NCBI GenBank assembly: GCA_032718475.1
Contig: JAUCBJ010006587.1
Location: forward strand, 62,001 to 126,000
DNA from: Nemertoderma westbladi
Lineage: Eukaryota; Animalia; Xenacoelomorpha
Length of the DNA: 64,000 nt
Reading direction: 5' to 3'
Shown piece after piece: positions 1 to 13,053 of this stretch; the first letter of the stretch is position 1, and each line of letters opens with the position of its first letter. Under the pieces are notes generated by a model. The model worked only from the letters and a program-made list of their open reading frames with translations, was not told the DNA's origin and searched no databases. The translations under genes and the position numbers were made by a program.

Positions 1-1185
1 TAGTACGAACCAACCAACCACTGAATAAACATTAACCAACCACAGAGTGAGCACCAATCAACCACTTAGTAAGCACCAACCAACCACTGAGTAAGAACCA
101 ACCAACCACTTAGTAAGCACCAACCAACCACTGAATAAACACCAACCAACCACAGAGTGAGCACCAACAACCAACCACTTAGTACGAACCAACCAACCAC
201 TGAATAAACATTAACCAACCACAGAGTGAGCACCAATCAACCACTTAGTAAGCACCAACCAACCACTGAGTAAGAACCAACCAACCACTTAGTAAGCACC
301 AACCAACCACTGAATAAACACCAACAAACCACTTAGTAAGCACCAACCAACCGCTTAGTAAGCACCAACAACCAACCACTTAGTACGAACCAACCAACCA
401 CTGAATAAACACTAACCAACCACAGAGTGAGCACCAATCAACCACTTAGTAACCACCAACCAACCACTGAGTAAGAACCAACCAACCACTTAGTAAGCAC
501 CACCCAACCACTGAATAAACACTAACCAACCACAGAGTGAGCACCAATCAACCACTTAGTAACCACCAACCAACCACTGAGTAAGAACCAACCAACCACT
601 TAGTAAGCACCAACCAACCACTGAATAAACACCAACCAACCACAGAGTGAGCACCAACCAACCACTTAGTAAGCACCAACAACCACTGCATAAGCACCAA
701 CCAACCACTGAATAAACACCAACCAACCACAGAGTGAGCACCAACCAACCACTGAGTAAGAACCAACCAACCACTGAGTAAGAACCAACCAACCACTTAG
801 TAAGCACCAACCAACCACTGAATAAACACCAACCAACCACAGAGTGAGCACCAACCAACCACTTAGTACGAACCAACCAACCACTGAGTAATCACCAACC
901 AACCACTGCATAAGCACCAACCAACCACTGAATAAACACCAACCAACCACAGAGTGAGCACCAACAACCAACCACTTAGTACGAACCAACCAACCACTGA
1001 ATAAACACTAACCAACCACAGAGTAAGCACCAACCAACAACTTAGTAAGCACCAACCAACCACAAATTGAGCACCAACCAACCACTGAGTAAGAACCAAC
1101 CAACCACAGAGTAAGCACCAACCAACCACAGAGTGAGCACCAACCGACCACCAGGTAAGCACCAACCAGCCATTGAGTAAGCACC
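1..1185. repeat. Intronic minisatellite, ~23-bp unit (CCAACCAACCAC + variable TTAGTAAGCA/TGAATAAACA/AGAGTGAGCA/TGAGTAAGAA)
   Basis: Directly visible tandem array. It lies downstream of the GT donor at 1229-1228 of DMXL exon 4, and the overlapping 'VVGW/SGWLV' ORFs are translation artefacts. Confidence 0.95.
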
Positions 1186-1229
1186 ATCCGAACTATTGAG
1201 TACACAATAACCACACTACTAACACCAAC

Positions 1230-3840
1230 CTGTGCATATATTTGCTTGTGTGGCGCCAACTGAACCCAGTAACGGCTCTGGGGTGGGCTATGTAGACGAA
1301 GCTGTAATGGGAGGCGTGTATACGGGGGCTGGCGGTCTGTCTGTCTGCGGTCGGGTGTGTCTGGGACGGGGTTCGGTACCAGACCTTAACGAGTCTATCA
1401 GAACGACCTAGAAGGAGATGAATCGAAGCTATTATGGCTCAGTCATAATAAAAGATACTATAGGAGAGGTTATATATTCCATCAGTAAATAATAACAAAT
1501 ACAATTTAAAATAAGGAAATTTAAAAAGCGCGAGTAACGAGGACTACTGGTGTCTCGGTAACGATAATCCAGACAACAGGGAGTAACTGAACGCAAATCC
1601 CGTCTCCGCGAATTAAATTATCGCATCAATGTTAAATTACCAACTTAAGGAAAGGAGCAGGTTACACTGGCACGTTATTCTAACTAAAACAATAAACGAA
1701 AGTGAATAGTTACAATTATATTTTTAGAAGTAGTCAGCTGTTATTTAAGTCGATTTTCCCCTGGAGTGTAAAAGGATGAATTTTGATTGCGTCGAAAGAA
1801 ATAATTATATGTTGTACAAGGAAGTGTGGAGGATGACGATTTGTAAGTTGTAGTTTGATAATTTGAGCAAAGGGGAACAATTTTTTCAAAAGATTATAGT
1901 TTCATAACAAAGTGTAATAGTAAAACAAGTTTCTCGGAGTTATGAACTGTAACTAACAAAATGCATAACAAGAAAACACTAAAAATAACTAACAAGAAAT
2001 CTTAAAACTATTGTGCATGTATGAGCGGGCACCAGTTTAAGCAACAAATTATAAATTAATGAATCAGATTATACAAAAACCAAAAACTTGTCATAACCTA
2101 ATGTGTACATAACATATTAAAGTGCCATAACATTATGTGGTGAACAAATATTACGGCTCGCCCCATCAATCACCTACCAGCCGTAGCGAAGAAGCTCCCA
2201 TCGGGAGAGAAGGCGAGGTAGGATATCGGGGTTGCGGTCTTACAGGTCCAGACGCAGACCCAAGAGGTCGCCACATCCGGGGCGCCTTTAACCAGACTCC
2301 ATAGATGCAAGGTATCCTCCCCAGCCGTAAGTAGTTGACTACCGGCCTGATTCCATGATAAATTACTAACAAACGTATCCAACTGGAAATATCCTAAAAG
2401 TGTATTGCGTAGGGTAAATAATTAACTAATTAGGCCAATAAGTATATTAAAATTACGGTTCTGGCAGATATTATTATACGTATATGGAAAACTTTATCAC
2501 AACATATTGTCTAAAACTTTAATTAAAGGCTTTGAGCTGATGGTCAGAGACATTATTCTAATAGAGTATGAAAATTTCAACACCATATGTATAAAAAATA
2601 TATGTATAATTAATTACCCGCCCTAATTTAGTTAGTTTCGCGTCCAAGTATATTATATAACGTGTATGTATAGGTTCACTGACCAGTAAGATGCCACAGA
2701 TAATCCAGGAGATGGTTGCTCCGCTGATTCGGCACTTTTCTGGGCTCGAAGAGATATACGCAATCGGCGAAGGATGCTCCAAGTTTCCCGTTGTCGGTGG
2801 AGCAGGCAATGCAGCCGACCAGCTGGCCGCCAGTAACGGAACCGGGTATAACCTGAACCCGTTGGAAACTCGTCGCTAGTATTACTACATCACAACCGGA
2901 ACCATACGCCTAAATAAGGAGAGTCATATCAGTCAATCGTTGATCGTAGGGTATCCGTTGGCTGGGGGTGTATTTTGGACTTACTGAACTATAGGTTATT
3001 GTTGTATACCATTAAATATCCCAATAGAAATTAAACAGCATGGCATAGGATCCCCGTACTACTGTATATAATTATTTTCTACGTACATTTAGTATTGTAT
3101 TTGGTGTACCGTACTATTATAATCCAATATTATGTGGTGCAATTTATTTACATGTATTTATTTATCACCATAGAAAATCGTTACATTAAAGTTAAATCGG
3201 TTTGACGATCACTATGACTATCTGAGGGTATTATATATTATAAAGTAGGCTCGAGGAGGCTACTCTAATATAAAGGAGGCTACTCCCTACTGGTATATTT
3301 TGATATCCGATAATGGGATCTCTAGTGACGACGACGATGATAGATAAAGAGATAGGCCTACTTAGATACGGTACCATTCCTAAACTGGCACTAGTGACTA
3401 TCCGGGGGGGGGGGGGGGGGGGGGGGAACCCACCAAAACTGTTAGGCCTAATCCTAAAATCACCTACCGGTAAACTGAAGTCATTAGTGCCCGGTTAGTA
3501 AAGGAATAGGTTACAGAGGCGATATGAAACGAACCAAAACAATAAACGAGAGTTAGGAATATTGTAGGCCTAGAATATAAAGATAAATTTAAAACCAGAT
3601 TACGGGTTTAGGTTAGGTGATTTCAGCTTCAGCTTCAGGTAGTCCCCCAAACTAGTACCCCAAAACTGATCTAGGATCTGAGTAGCATAACTTTATTAAG
3701 CCTACCGCGCTACCGGTCTGCCGGTAGGCCTACCAGCGTACGGAATTACTAACCGTGAAAGGAATACCATCAACGTTTCCAACAGCATAACAGTTATCAC
3801 CAGCATTTACAGCTCCGGTTAAAACTTGGTGTCGATTCAT
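1230..3840 (-). CDS. DMXL: DmX-like / Rabconnectin-3 alpha, 5' part. Coding exons 3840-3754, 2909-2684, 2393-2178, 1407-1230; gene continues past position 1
   Basis: Spliced translation MNRHQVLTGAVNAGDNCYAVGNVDGIPFT|AYGSGCDVVILATSFQRVQVIPG...LWHLT|GYFQLDTFVSNLSWN...FSPDGSFFATA|GRSDRLVKVWY...YSFVYIAHPRAVTGFSWRHTSKYMH matches the DMXL1/2 N-terminus as I know it. All introns are GT-AG with consistent phases. Confidence 0.93.
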
Positions 3841-4249
3841 TTCTCAAATTACCGTACAGCCGTTTCTGAATTACAGCATTTCCTGTGTTCCTTCCTGAAG
3901 GCTGCGGTACCGCCACCACCGGTACACTAGCTGACTAGTCAGCTACAGCAACAGGATGTGCTGTTAGTTTAGAAAGCCAAGGCCTTGTAAAGTAATAGGC
4001 ATATACAGTACATCAGTCTTAAACTCTCACGTCATAAAGCTGTAAAGGTAAATACTGGAATAGGTACCAATAATAGTGTCAACAAATGGCTGAACACTGC
4101 CAATAGATACAGACAGGATTGGGATTAGTTATTCTGTTATTAATAATGAGGTCAGGAGGTAGGCCTAGCAGCCTAGCGGTACCGGTAACCTAGGCCTTCT
4201 ACGGCACAGTCTGAACGGTAAATAGCAAAATGGAACAATTTTATTAACT

Positions 4250-4462
4250 TAAGGAACAAGTACATACCCGGTACCGTAAATAAACATATTATAGGAAAGG
4301 TCAAACTGAAAGTAAATGGTAGTACCGGCATGTACAGTCGTACACGTATGTATGAATTTCATCGGTTAGCTAATATGGAACAAGTACATACCGTAAATAA
4401 ACCTATTATAAGGATGGTCAAACTGAAAGTGAATAGTAGTACCGGTATGTATGAATTGTATC
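4250..4462. repeat. Imperfect tandem duplication (~125-bp period)
   Basis: GGAACAAGTACATACC...GGTCAAACTGAAAGT...TAGTACCGG occurs at ~4253 and ~4377. Confidence 0.75.
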
Positions 4463-4827
4463 GGGGGAGCAAACATTTGAGAAAATCATGACAAAACGTG
4501 CCGGGCATCTCTGGAAGGTCCGAGTCTAATAACAATAAACTCTTTGACAGCTCGTTTCAGCTTAGCGTAACTAGTAGAAAAGGGTACATAAATATCTTAA
4601 ACTAATTAAATATTTTAGTAGAATGGGATATGGGGAATCTCAATAATGTATACAACTAATTCAACCCCGATATTAGAATTTTACAAAACCAAAATATTTT
4701 ATTCGAAAAGACAAACATCTCAATATGGGATTAAAACCTGTATCTCAAATTTCTAGCCCAAAGGTCTACAATGTGAGCAAAAGCTCTATACAGTACGTTA
4801 CCAAGTGAGCAAAATAAAAATGAAAAT

Positions 4828-5015
4828 TCGTTTCACTTTAAAGGTACAACTCACCGCGGGTGAGCCTAACTAAATTGGGTTTTCTACAATGTTACTAACT
4901 CTTGTTTATTGTTTTGGTTCCTTATTTCAACCCACCTCTGTAACCTGCTTCTATATGGCGAACGGTGGTAAGCCAGGCTCACCCGCAGTGAGCTTGTACC
5001 TTTAAAGTGAAACGA
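4828..5015. mobile_element. MITE-like element, ~190 bp, with ~40-bp terminal inverted repeats
   Basis: TCGTTTCACTTTAAAGGTACAACTCACCGCGGGTGAGCCT at 4828 and its near-perfect reverse complement ending at 5015. The interior holds the dispersed 'AAACAATAAAC / CAGGTTACAGAGG' motif. Confidence 0.65.
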
Positions 5016-7807
5016 TTTCTTATGACATTGGCCATATTCAGCCACCGTAACAAACAGTTTGAATATATTAGAAGTTTTGCTTTGCTGACCTAAAAAACAA
5101 CACAGTATGCCAAAAAAACGTATCCGATTATTGGGTACCCCCCCCCCCCCCACCTCTTTTTTTTTTAACTAAGAAGCATTGGATACGTTGTAGTATAGGA
5201 TAAAACCATGAAAGTCCAAGAAAGATAGCAAGCAGACAGCAAGTCAGACCACCTCCATGTACAAAAAGGAAGAAACCCAGCAGAATCCCTCAATGTTTGT
5301 AAAGGCCCACTATGTGAAGCTCATAAACAATGAGAGGTTGTTGCCTGATAACTTTACATTGTGTGTATGCGAGTCTGTGTAATAATCTACTTAACTTTTC
5401 GTGTAATCACTTTTGATTTCGATCGATACATAGCTGTAGAGTAGGCCTACAATATAATGCTTTTGAATTGCTACTGTACACACCAACTAGCAAAAATGTT
5501 CGCTGCGGGGGTTTTCCATGTCGGTGAATTCGATTTAATTTCCTGGAGTCCTTTTTAATTAATTATAGTCATCATTTTTTAAAATTAATATAGTCAATGG
5601 GACATCTGTCCGACAGTATGTTTTGTCGGACAGATCGACAGCCGCATCTTGAAAAATTCGAGATCTTGCTAAACAGTTTTAATATTTAACATCATCATGC
5701 TCATGAATCTTGATGAAATGAGAGAAAATGTGAAATTTAATGTATAAGCAGCAGGCATAGTATGTGATGGTAATATCGTATGACATCCAGTTCTTCAAAT
5801 TTGTTGCACTATGCTGTTAGTAGCTTTTAACTTGTCACTTTGTATTCAGAACAAGATATCGATTTATAAAACCAATATTCTAGAACAATATACTTGCATT
5901 TATACTTTGACTTTATAACATATTTTATTCGAAAATTGTAACATTACTCAACGCCGTTAGTATTAACAGCGAGTTGTTATTTAGCACTTGAAAACCTTAC
6001 ACTTAGCACCTTACACTTTACATTACAGCATTGTATTGGCCTGTACATTTAGTATTGTATTTGGTGTTATCAGTTAAGTAATGTCCCCTTAGTGGACATT
6101 ACTTAACGCCGTCATTGGTTGCCACGTAAACAATACGTGGAAATTTGCCTGACAGCCAGATAGACCTACTGCATTACCTACAGGTAGGCGGGGTATAGCT
6201 ATTAATAACCAGTAGCTATATTATTAACATGGCTCAAAACGCCACCATAAATATAAGCTAACTTATTTATAACAAAATTTATGTCATTTTTACATTTATT
6301 TATACAGCAACTAATTTAATTTGTGCAGTTTCTATCACTTATAATATATATACCATCATTTCGTATTGTTAAAATTTTGGAATAAAACTACATACATACT
6401 TGTTGCAAAGTACTTTAGTGTTCTGATCCTCGTGGCTTTATTTTCACTCACTCACTAACGTTCGTTCGTGTAACGAAGCACTCGGATCATCACACTGTAA
6501 AGTGCTACTTTACACACAAGTATGAAAATAGTTATTAAATTCATTTCATGTAAATTATATTGATTATGTAAATATGTTGTAAAATATACGTAAAAAGAAA
6601 GAATCAAATATCGTAAACAATTTATAAAAAACTTGTATTTTTACACTTCTGACACTCGTTAGGTTTCCCCATTCGCTGCGCCCGTATGGAATAAATAATA
6701 TAGTGGGTTACATAAAATATTGGAATAAATACAGTTATGACCTCTAGGTAAATAAGAGATATCGGATAGAGCGATAATTATATCCGATTTTATTCTATTT
6801 ACTGTTGCAGGCCTCTCTCTTAGCAGCGTAAAGGAACCAATGAGAATCCTACTGTAGTAGGCTACGATAATTAGTTAATTCAATTTTCGAATAAAAATAT
6901 GTTCTGAAATCGGATCGCTCAGAGGAAAAACCTTTCAACGCGAAGACTTTTCAAAGAAACTTTAATCGGTAACACTCGTTGCCATTGTGAGCCAGGGTTT
7001 CACCTGGCCAAAATATGGATGTGGCCAAAATAGTATTGACTATTTAATCCTGATTGCGATTCTGAAACTCATTTTGCAAGATATAAAACGGTTGAACGAG
7101 TATTTTACTTTGGATTACACAGCGTAGTGTGATAAGATAAGTCGAGCGGATGTTTTAGTTTCTATTATACCAGGAAACGCTGATTATAAAATAACATATA
7201 AATGCAAATATTTGGTTATTAAGGAGGTCGAATTTATTATTTTATAGATATTTAACTAAACAATCAGATTATTACAATAAAATGAAACTGTAACCTGTTC
7301 TATTGAATCTTGTTTATTGTTTTGTTTAGAAAACATGTCATTGTAACCTGCCCCTTTCCCTTAATTTTAATCTAATTTATTTAATTCATTTATTTATTTC
7401 AATTTAACATTGAGACGAGATATTAATTCGCCGAGATTGGATTTGCGTCAACCACCCCCCCCCCCCCCCCCCCCACCCACCCCTCAATTATAGTTGGAAT
7501 TGTCTATGATGACGGAAATTGGAAAATAATTGGGTGCCATTTCCTCCAGTGTGAAACCATCCGCCCGCTAACTGCCAATTAAGGGAAAGGAACAGGTTTG
7601 CTGGAAACATTTTACGCATTTAGTGTGCAGCATCGATTGTAAAATATAATCCAGTGATAAAAACAAAGTCATATTTGGTTATGAAACTGATTCTAGTTAT
7701 TTAACATTCAATTGTAATTTTTTAGTTATAATAACACTGAAAGACCTACTATATTTTAATATATTACAAATAGTTAGAGTTTAAATCGAAATGTTTTAAT
7801 GATGTTC

Positions 7808-10800
7808 TTATATGAGATCCATATCAATATCTAGGTCGTGCATTGCACTTCCGCTGGGCACCTCCCCAATGAGACCGCCCAAACCCCCGATCTCACCCAG
7901 ACTATCCGCCGGAAGAGGCGACCCAACCACCACCGGACTCTCCATACCAATGTCCTCATCGTCATCATCGTCGTCGATACCTCGTTTAAGGTATCCCGTA
8001 TCGAACTGCTCCCCAATGTCACTACTATCTTCCTCAAGATAATCGGCTTTGCGTTTCTTCGAAACATCGGGAATGTTTCGCAAATCATCCGTATCCGAGT
8101 CTAACTCCTCGAGATCAGACGTAGAAATATCGTCCGGACCGATGTTGGAGAGATCGATGCTGGGCGTGTCAAACTCACCAGCGGCATCAACGTTGTTAGG
8201 AGGCTCCACAGGTTGTTCGACTTGAGAGGCAGACCTTCCATTGCGTAGTAACTTTTTCATCCTGTCCGTCCATTTCTCACTATCTGCCATTTCATCATTT
8301 CCATCTTCATCAGTGTCGCTAAGTTTGAAATCCCCGCGGGAATTCTCTTCTCCCAGGCTTTCTGAGTTGTCGGACAGATAGGCGATCTTCTGTGCGCGCC
8401 AATCCGCGCTGTCCCCCGAGTAGTCTGAGTCGGAGGAGACCTCGACAACGGCATGCCACGAACGCAACTTACCGGTCCGCGGGTCGTATCGCACGCGCTT
8501 GGTTCGCATCTCGCCCGCGGCCTCGCCCTCGCCCAGCTCGTAATGCACGCGCTCGTGCTGCTCGCAGATGGCGCGCCGCGCGTACGGGATGCGGCAGACG
8601 CGGCAGTAAAACAGCCGGCCCTCATCGACGCCGGCCAGACCGACAACGCCGCCCTCGAGATGTAACTTCCGGTGGAAATCGCGATAAGAAACGCGATTAA
8701 ACGGCGCCAAACAAATATCGCAGGTAAACATGGGGCCGTGCCCGCGCTGGTGCTGTTCCAAGTGGCCCCTTAGAGCGGTCTGCTGCGTGCATCTAATGCC
8801 ACACACTTTGCACCGATAGGGTTTCTCACCGGTGTGACTGTAAGTGTGCGTAATAACGCTACGACGTGTTTTAAATCCTTGACTGCAATATTTACAGGCG
8901 AATTGCATGTTTGTATTATTGTGGCTCAGTAAATGACGTCTATAAATGACTTCGTTAGAGAATTTATTGTTGCAGACGGAACATGAGAAAACCCGTTGGA
9001 TAGGGCGGAACCCGGCACTGGGTCGTTTAGCCTTGTGTCTCACGGCCGTCGCTGGTTTTGTACGCGCGTTCGTGAAAGCGGCCCGGGGATTCGCTCCGTG
9101 ATAAATAACCTGATGGAACTTAATATCCGCCCCGGTGTAGGACCGACCGCCGCACTTCGCGCAGACATCCCTGGCCCCCGGCGCGTGGGAGCATTTCTGC
9201 AACTCCGCGAGGGTGTAACAGTAGACACCGCAGGGGCACCTACGTTCCGCTTTCCTCCCTAACGGTATGTAATGCTGCAGTAGCATATGCTGGCTGCAAG
9301 CGTCCGCGGTGGGGAATGAGATCCTACAAAGAGCGCATCGCGTGGGCCACGATGTCGCACTACTACCGGTGACGTTGTCCGCGCTAACGAGATCGTGCGA
9401 ACCACTAACGTGTTCCGCTAAAGAGCGAACCGTTGTAAACATAACGCCGCAAAGATTGCACTTAAACCGGGGAAGGGGTTTGGGATGCGCCGAGGCGATA
9501 TGCTCCTCCATTATCTTCTTACTCGGGAATATTAAAGGGCACTTTGAGCAGGAGATGAGGCCGGAGAACTGGATGTGCTGGGAGAGGTGATCGAACCAGT
9601 CCACAAAGAAGTCAAACACAGTGTTGCAGTTAATTATTTGGCAGGGGAAGTTGACTCGCCAATCTCCTCGTCTATAATGATCCAACTCATGGATTTCAAG
9701 GTTCGCATGATCAGTAAACTCGGCCTCGCAACGCCAACACGAGTAAAACCCTTGAAACAAGTGCGATTTACAATGACGATGGAGGTCGTTGATGCTCTTG
9801 AACGTCTTTTTACCGCACTGCACACACTGGTAGCGGTGATCGGCCACCTGTTGGTGGTCCAGACGATCTTTGCTAGTTGTAGTATCGGCCACCGGGTCAT
9901 TCGTCTTGCTTATCGATGTTTGCGGATCCAAATCGCCGGATTTATTGATTTTATTATAAACTTCAGCGAAGGTTCGAGGCTTGGCATTGTTTGAATCGAG
10001 GTTGTATCTTTTTAATAGGAATGACACCGCCTGGGCGGAATCGCTGGGCTTCGGTGCTGCCGATTTAGCCAACTTATCGTCCGCTGGAGACGCATCGGTA
10101 CACCAGAAACAGAACTTGGGACGGAATCCACGAAGTTTCGCTTCGCATTGTTCGAAATGTTTCTCTAAGTCCAGCGACTGCCAGTACGTTGTGCCGCAAT
10201 AAACGCAGGCATAAATAGATCTGCGACACACGTGGCGTTCTTTACGCGATAAAGTATCGAAGTTGACGTTACATTTAGTGCAAATGTGCAAACCTCCGTC
10301 GGAGGAGGCTTTGGTACCACCCATAATAAATACAGATGGGTCAGATATATCCAGGCGTTTGAGGTCTACAGTGACAGCTGAGTCCACCAACTTGTTAGAG
10401 AGCGATGGAACAGCGCCAATAGTCTTAGGTTTTTGCTTCCCGGGTTGTTGTATCTCCCCGGGTTCAATGTTTGATGCGCCAGACATAGCAACCGATTCCT
10501 CGGGTCCAACATTAGAACCAATCGACTTTGCTAGGCCTACACTCTTTGCCGACGACCTTGTACACACAGTATGTTGTGTTTGGATTTTAGCTTGAACGAC
10601 GGGGGTTTTAGGTAGTTCACCGCGAGTGGGTAGAATTCGAGTTGATGTTTGACCCTGCATGGAAACAGTAACCTCACCTTCTTCTAAATCACCTGACTCA
10701 GATGAACTCATTTTAGTAGAATTGCTATTCTTACTTAAATAAGACTCCGATACCGGTAGGGTTGAAGAATTTATATCAACATCCACTTCCAAATCAGCAA

Positions 10801-11197
10801 GTTCCTCTGAAACTGCAGATGGAGAAATTTTAAAATCATCTAGTTGCCCAAAATCATTTGAAATATCATTACATATGTCGTCATCGTCACGAGCCATATC
10901 TGAAGCTAATCCCTTTGCTAAATTGGCAACGAAGACGTCGTTGTCGGTTTGTTTAAAGAGGGAACCATTATCTTCATCCACATACCCTTCCATGTTGTCA
11001 CCACTCGTTATAACTGGCAATTCTTTAGTTGCAAAATTAAAATTATCTGAAGGTCCGTCAGATAGCGTTGGCTCAAATTCGTCCATTTCATCGCCAATAC
11101 TGGTTTCATTCCAAGAAGAAAAATTAGGCAGAGTATCCTGCAAAGCCTCTACTAACACTCGATTATCGCTAATATTAGAGTCTATGGAGTCATCCAT
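7808..11197 (-). CDS. Intronless multi-C2H2 zinc-finger protein (1129 aa) with acidic N- and C-terminal regions
   Basis: Long ORF with more than a dozen CxxC...HxxxH motifs (e.g. FACKYCSQGFKTRRSVITHTYSH-TGEKPY-RCKVCG) and a TGEKPY linker. Confidence 0.9.
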   Translation of the reverse strand: MDDSIDSNISDNRVLVEALQDTLPNFSSWNETSIGDEMDEFEPTLSDGPSDNFNFATKELPVITSGDNMEGYVDEDNGSLFKQTDNDVFVANLAKGLASDMARDDDDICNDISNDFGQLDDFKISPSAVSEELADLEVDVDINSSTLPVSESYLSKNSNSTKMSSSESGDLEEGEVTVSMQGQTSTRILPTRGELPKTPVVQAKIQTQHTVCTRSSAKSVGLAKSIGSNVGPEESVAMSGASNIEPGEIQQPGKQKPKTIGAVPSLSNKLVDSAVTVDLKRLDISDPSVFIMGGTKASSDGGLHICTKCNVNFDTLSRKERHVCRRSIYACVYCGTTYWQSLDLEKHFEQCEAKLRGFRPKFCFWCTDASPADDKLAKSAAPKPSDSAQAVSFLLKRYNLDSNNAKPRTFAEVYNKINKSGDLDPQTSISKTNDPVADTTTSKDRLDHQQVADHRYQCVQCGKKTFKSINDLHRHCKSHLFQGFYSCWRCEAEFTDHANLEIHELDHYRRGDWRVNFPCQIINCNTVFDFFVDWFDHLSQHIQFSGLISCSKCPLIFPSKKIMEEHIASAHPKPLPRFKCNLCGVMFTTVRSLAEHVSGSHDLVSADNVTGSSATSWPTRCALCRISFPTADACSQHMLLQHYIPLGRKAERRCPCGVYCYTLAELQKCSHAPGARDVCAKCGGRSYTGADIKFHQVIYHGANPRAAFTNARTKPATAVRHKAKRPSAGFRPIQRVFSCSVCNNKFSNEVIYRRHLLSHNNTNMQFACKYCSQGFKTRRSVITHTYSHTGEKPYRCKVCGIRCTQQTALRGHLEQHQRGHGPMFTCDICLAPFNRVSYRDFHRKLHLEGGVVGLAGVDEGRLFYCRVCRIPYARRAICEQHERVHYELGEGEAAGEMRTKRVRYDPRTGKLRSWHAVVEVSSDSDYSGDSADWRAQKIAYLSDNSESLGEENSRGDFKLSDTDEDGNDEMADSEKWTDRMKKLLRNGRSASQVEQPVEPPNNVDAAGEFDTPSIDLSNIGPDDISTSDLEELDSDTDDLRNIPDVSKKRKADYLEEDSSDIGEQFDTGYLKRGIDDDDDDEDIGMESPVVVGSPLPADSLGEIGGLGGLIGEVPSGSAMHDLDIDMDLI

Positions 11198-11685
11198 GAC
11201 CGATTATGACTTTAGGCCTATATAACAGAATAAACGCTCCACCCCACCAATGAGTAAAGTAAGACCTATTCCCTAGTCATGCCAAAGTTATATTCGGAAA
11301 ATCAACACACTAGTCTATATACCGTAATCCGGGGTAACTTGATATACTTTTTACCTTTAACTGTGAATATCTTTTGAAGTTTCTATCCTATAGAGATGGC
11401 ATAAAAAGAAAATTTGTTAGACGGGATAAGTAATACATCACTACTGCACCAGACTAATGCACTATTTGAGGTGTTTGGTCTAGTGGTGTTTTTATTTTAA
11501 AAAGCAACTGTATCAAGTCAACCCACAGAATGGGGTGACTTGATACATAAGCAAATTTTCCGCAAAATAATAGGGCACTTGTGTCAAATAGGGGACCCTC
11601 ATAACCTGCTAATCCTGAAATCGCATAAACTGAAGTCACTAGTGCCCGGTTAGTAAAGGAGCAGGTTACAGAGGCGAGTTGAAAG

Positions 11686-12897
11686 GGGTGCTGGTCACCT
11701 CGCCGCACTGCCACTTCGCCGCAAGTCATCTCGCCGCAGATAATGTGGGCGAGGTGTCTTGCGGCGAGGTGTCTCACTGTGAATGCCATTTCGCCGCAAA
11801 TTATCGGACACCTCGCCGCAAGTCAATATTAATCATTTATTTCTATATTTACAGGAAAGCCTACTTATGGCATTGGACATTATTATAAGAAGAAATAAAA
11901 TAATACGGTAAGGTTTGTTGTTCTATTATAATTACTGAATTATATTACATGTTAATATAGATACAGTAAGAGTATTTGAGTAACGTATTCAGATTATAGT
12001 AAAATACGGTCATAGAGATTCATAGAGGATATGAATGACATAATGAGTATTCTGACATAGAGGTCAGATCAGAATACGGTCATTGAAGTTGTTTCCATGT
12101 CATTGATTACGGTACTTTGCACCGTTAGGAGTAATTCACCAGAACGCTTTTAAGTTGACATAATGTAACAATAACTATTTACGTACATGTACAATGCGTT
12201 CACGTAGTTTTTGTAATGCAGTAACTAAGTACGGAAACGGAAGTAAGGCAACATAATGTAATAAGGTTAATACTGTATGTTTATGTTAACCGATCACAGT
12301 TCTTAATTACAAATGTAATGTTCTTAGTGGATTGATATACTTATATTTGTTGTCAGTCACTTTTTTTGTTAAGAGCAAAATTATGGTCGAATTACATTTC
12401 AAATTAATTTCCATGACATTAATAATAATATTGCATTAAATATTATAATTTTCTTTAATTTCTTACATTACATTTATTTATTTGTGTGGAATTAATATCA
12501 CACTACCAAATCGCCAGGACAAATTTAAGAAATTCCAACAAATAATTATTTATTACATGGTAAAAAAAAGTAGAACATTATTTCACTATTCTCGAGGCAT
12601 TTTTAATACGTTACTCAAATACTCTTACTGTATCTATAATAATACAGTAATTATAATAGAACAACAAACCTTACCGTCTGACCGTATTATTTTATTTCTT
12701 CTTATAATAATGTACAATGTCACACTAGGCTTCCCTGTAAATATATAAATAAATGATTAATATTGACTTGCGGCGAGGTGTCCGATAATTTGCGGCGAAA
12801 TGGCACAATGGCACTCACAGTGAGACACCTCGCCGCACATTATCTGCGGCGAGGTGATCTGCGGCGAAGTGGAAGTGTGGCGAGGTGACCAGCACCC
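11686..12897. mobile_element. Non-autonomous DNA transposon (Mutator-like/foldback type), ~175-bp TIRs, 8-bp TSD GTTGAAAG
   Basis: Starts GGGTGCTGGTCACCTCGCC and ends GGCGAGGTGACCAGCACCC. TIRs are built from (C/T)TCGCCGCA subrepeats, TSDs are at 11678-11685 and 12898-12905, and the AT-rich interior is non-coding. Superfamily is inferred. Confidence 0.85.
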
Positions 12898-13053
12898 GTT
12901 GAAAGGAACCAAAACAATAAAAGAGAGTTAGGAATATTGTGGGGGTGACTTGGTACACCTTGGAAGTTTGAAAAAAAGAATGAAGTCCCCACCTAATGCG
13001 CTAATGGGGATATAAAATTATGGCTAAAATTAAATGCAGAAATATAAAAATAA

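Noticed and set aside
548-1259. Hydrophobic Trp/Val-rich ORFs
   Set aside because: Translations of an intronic minisatellite.
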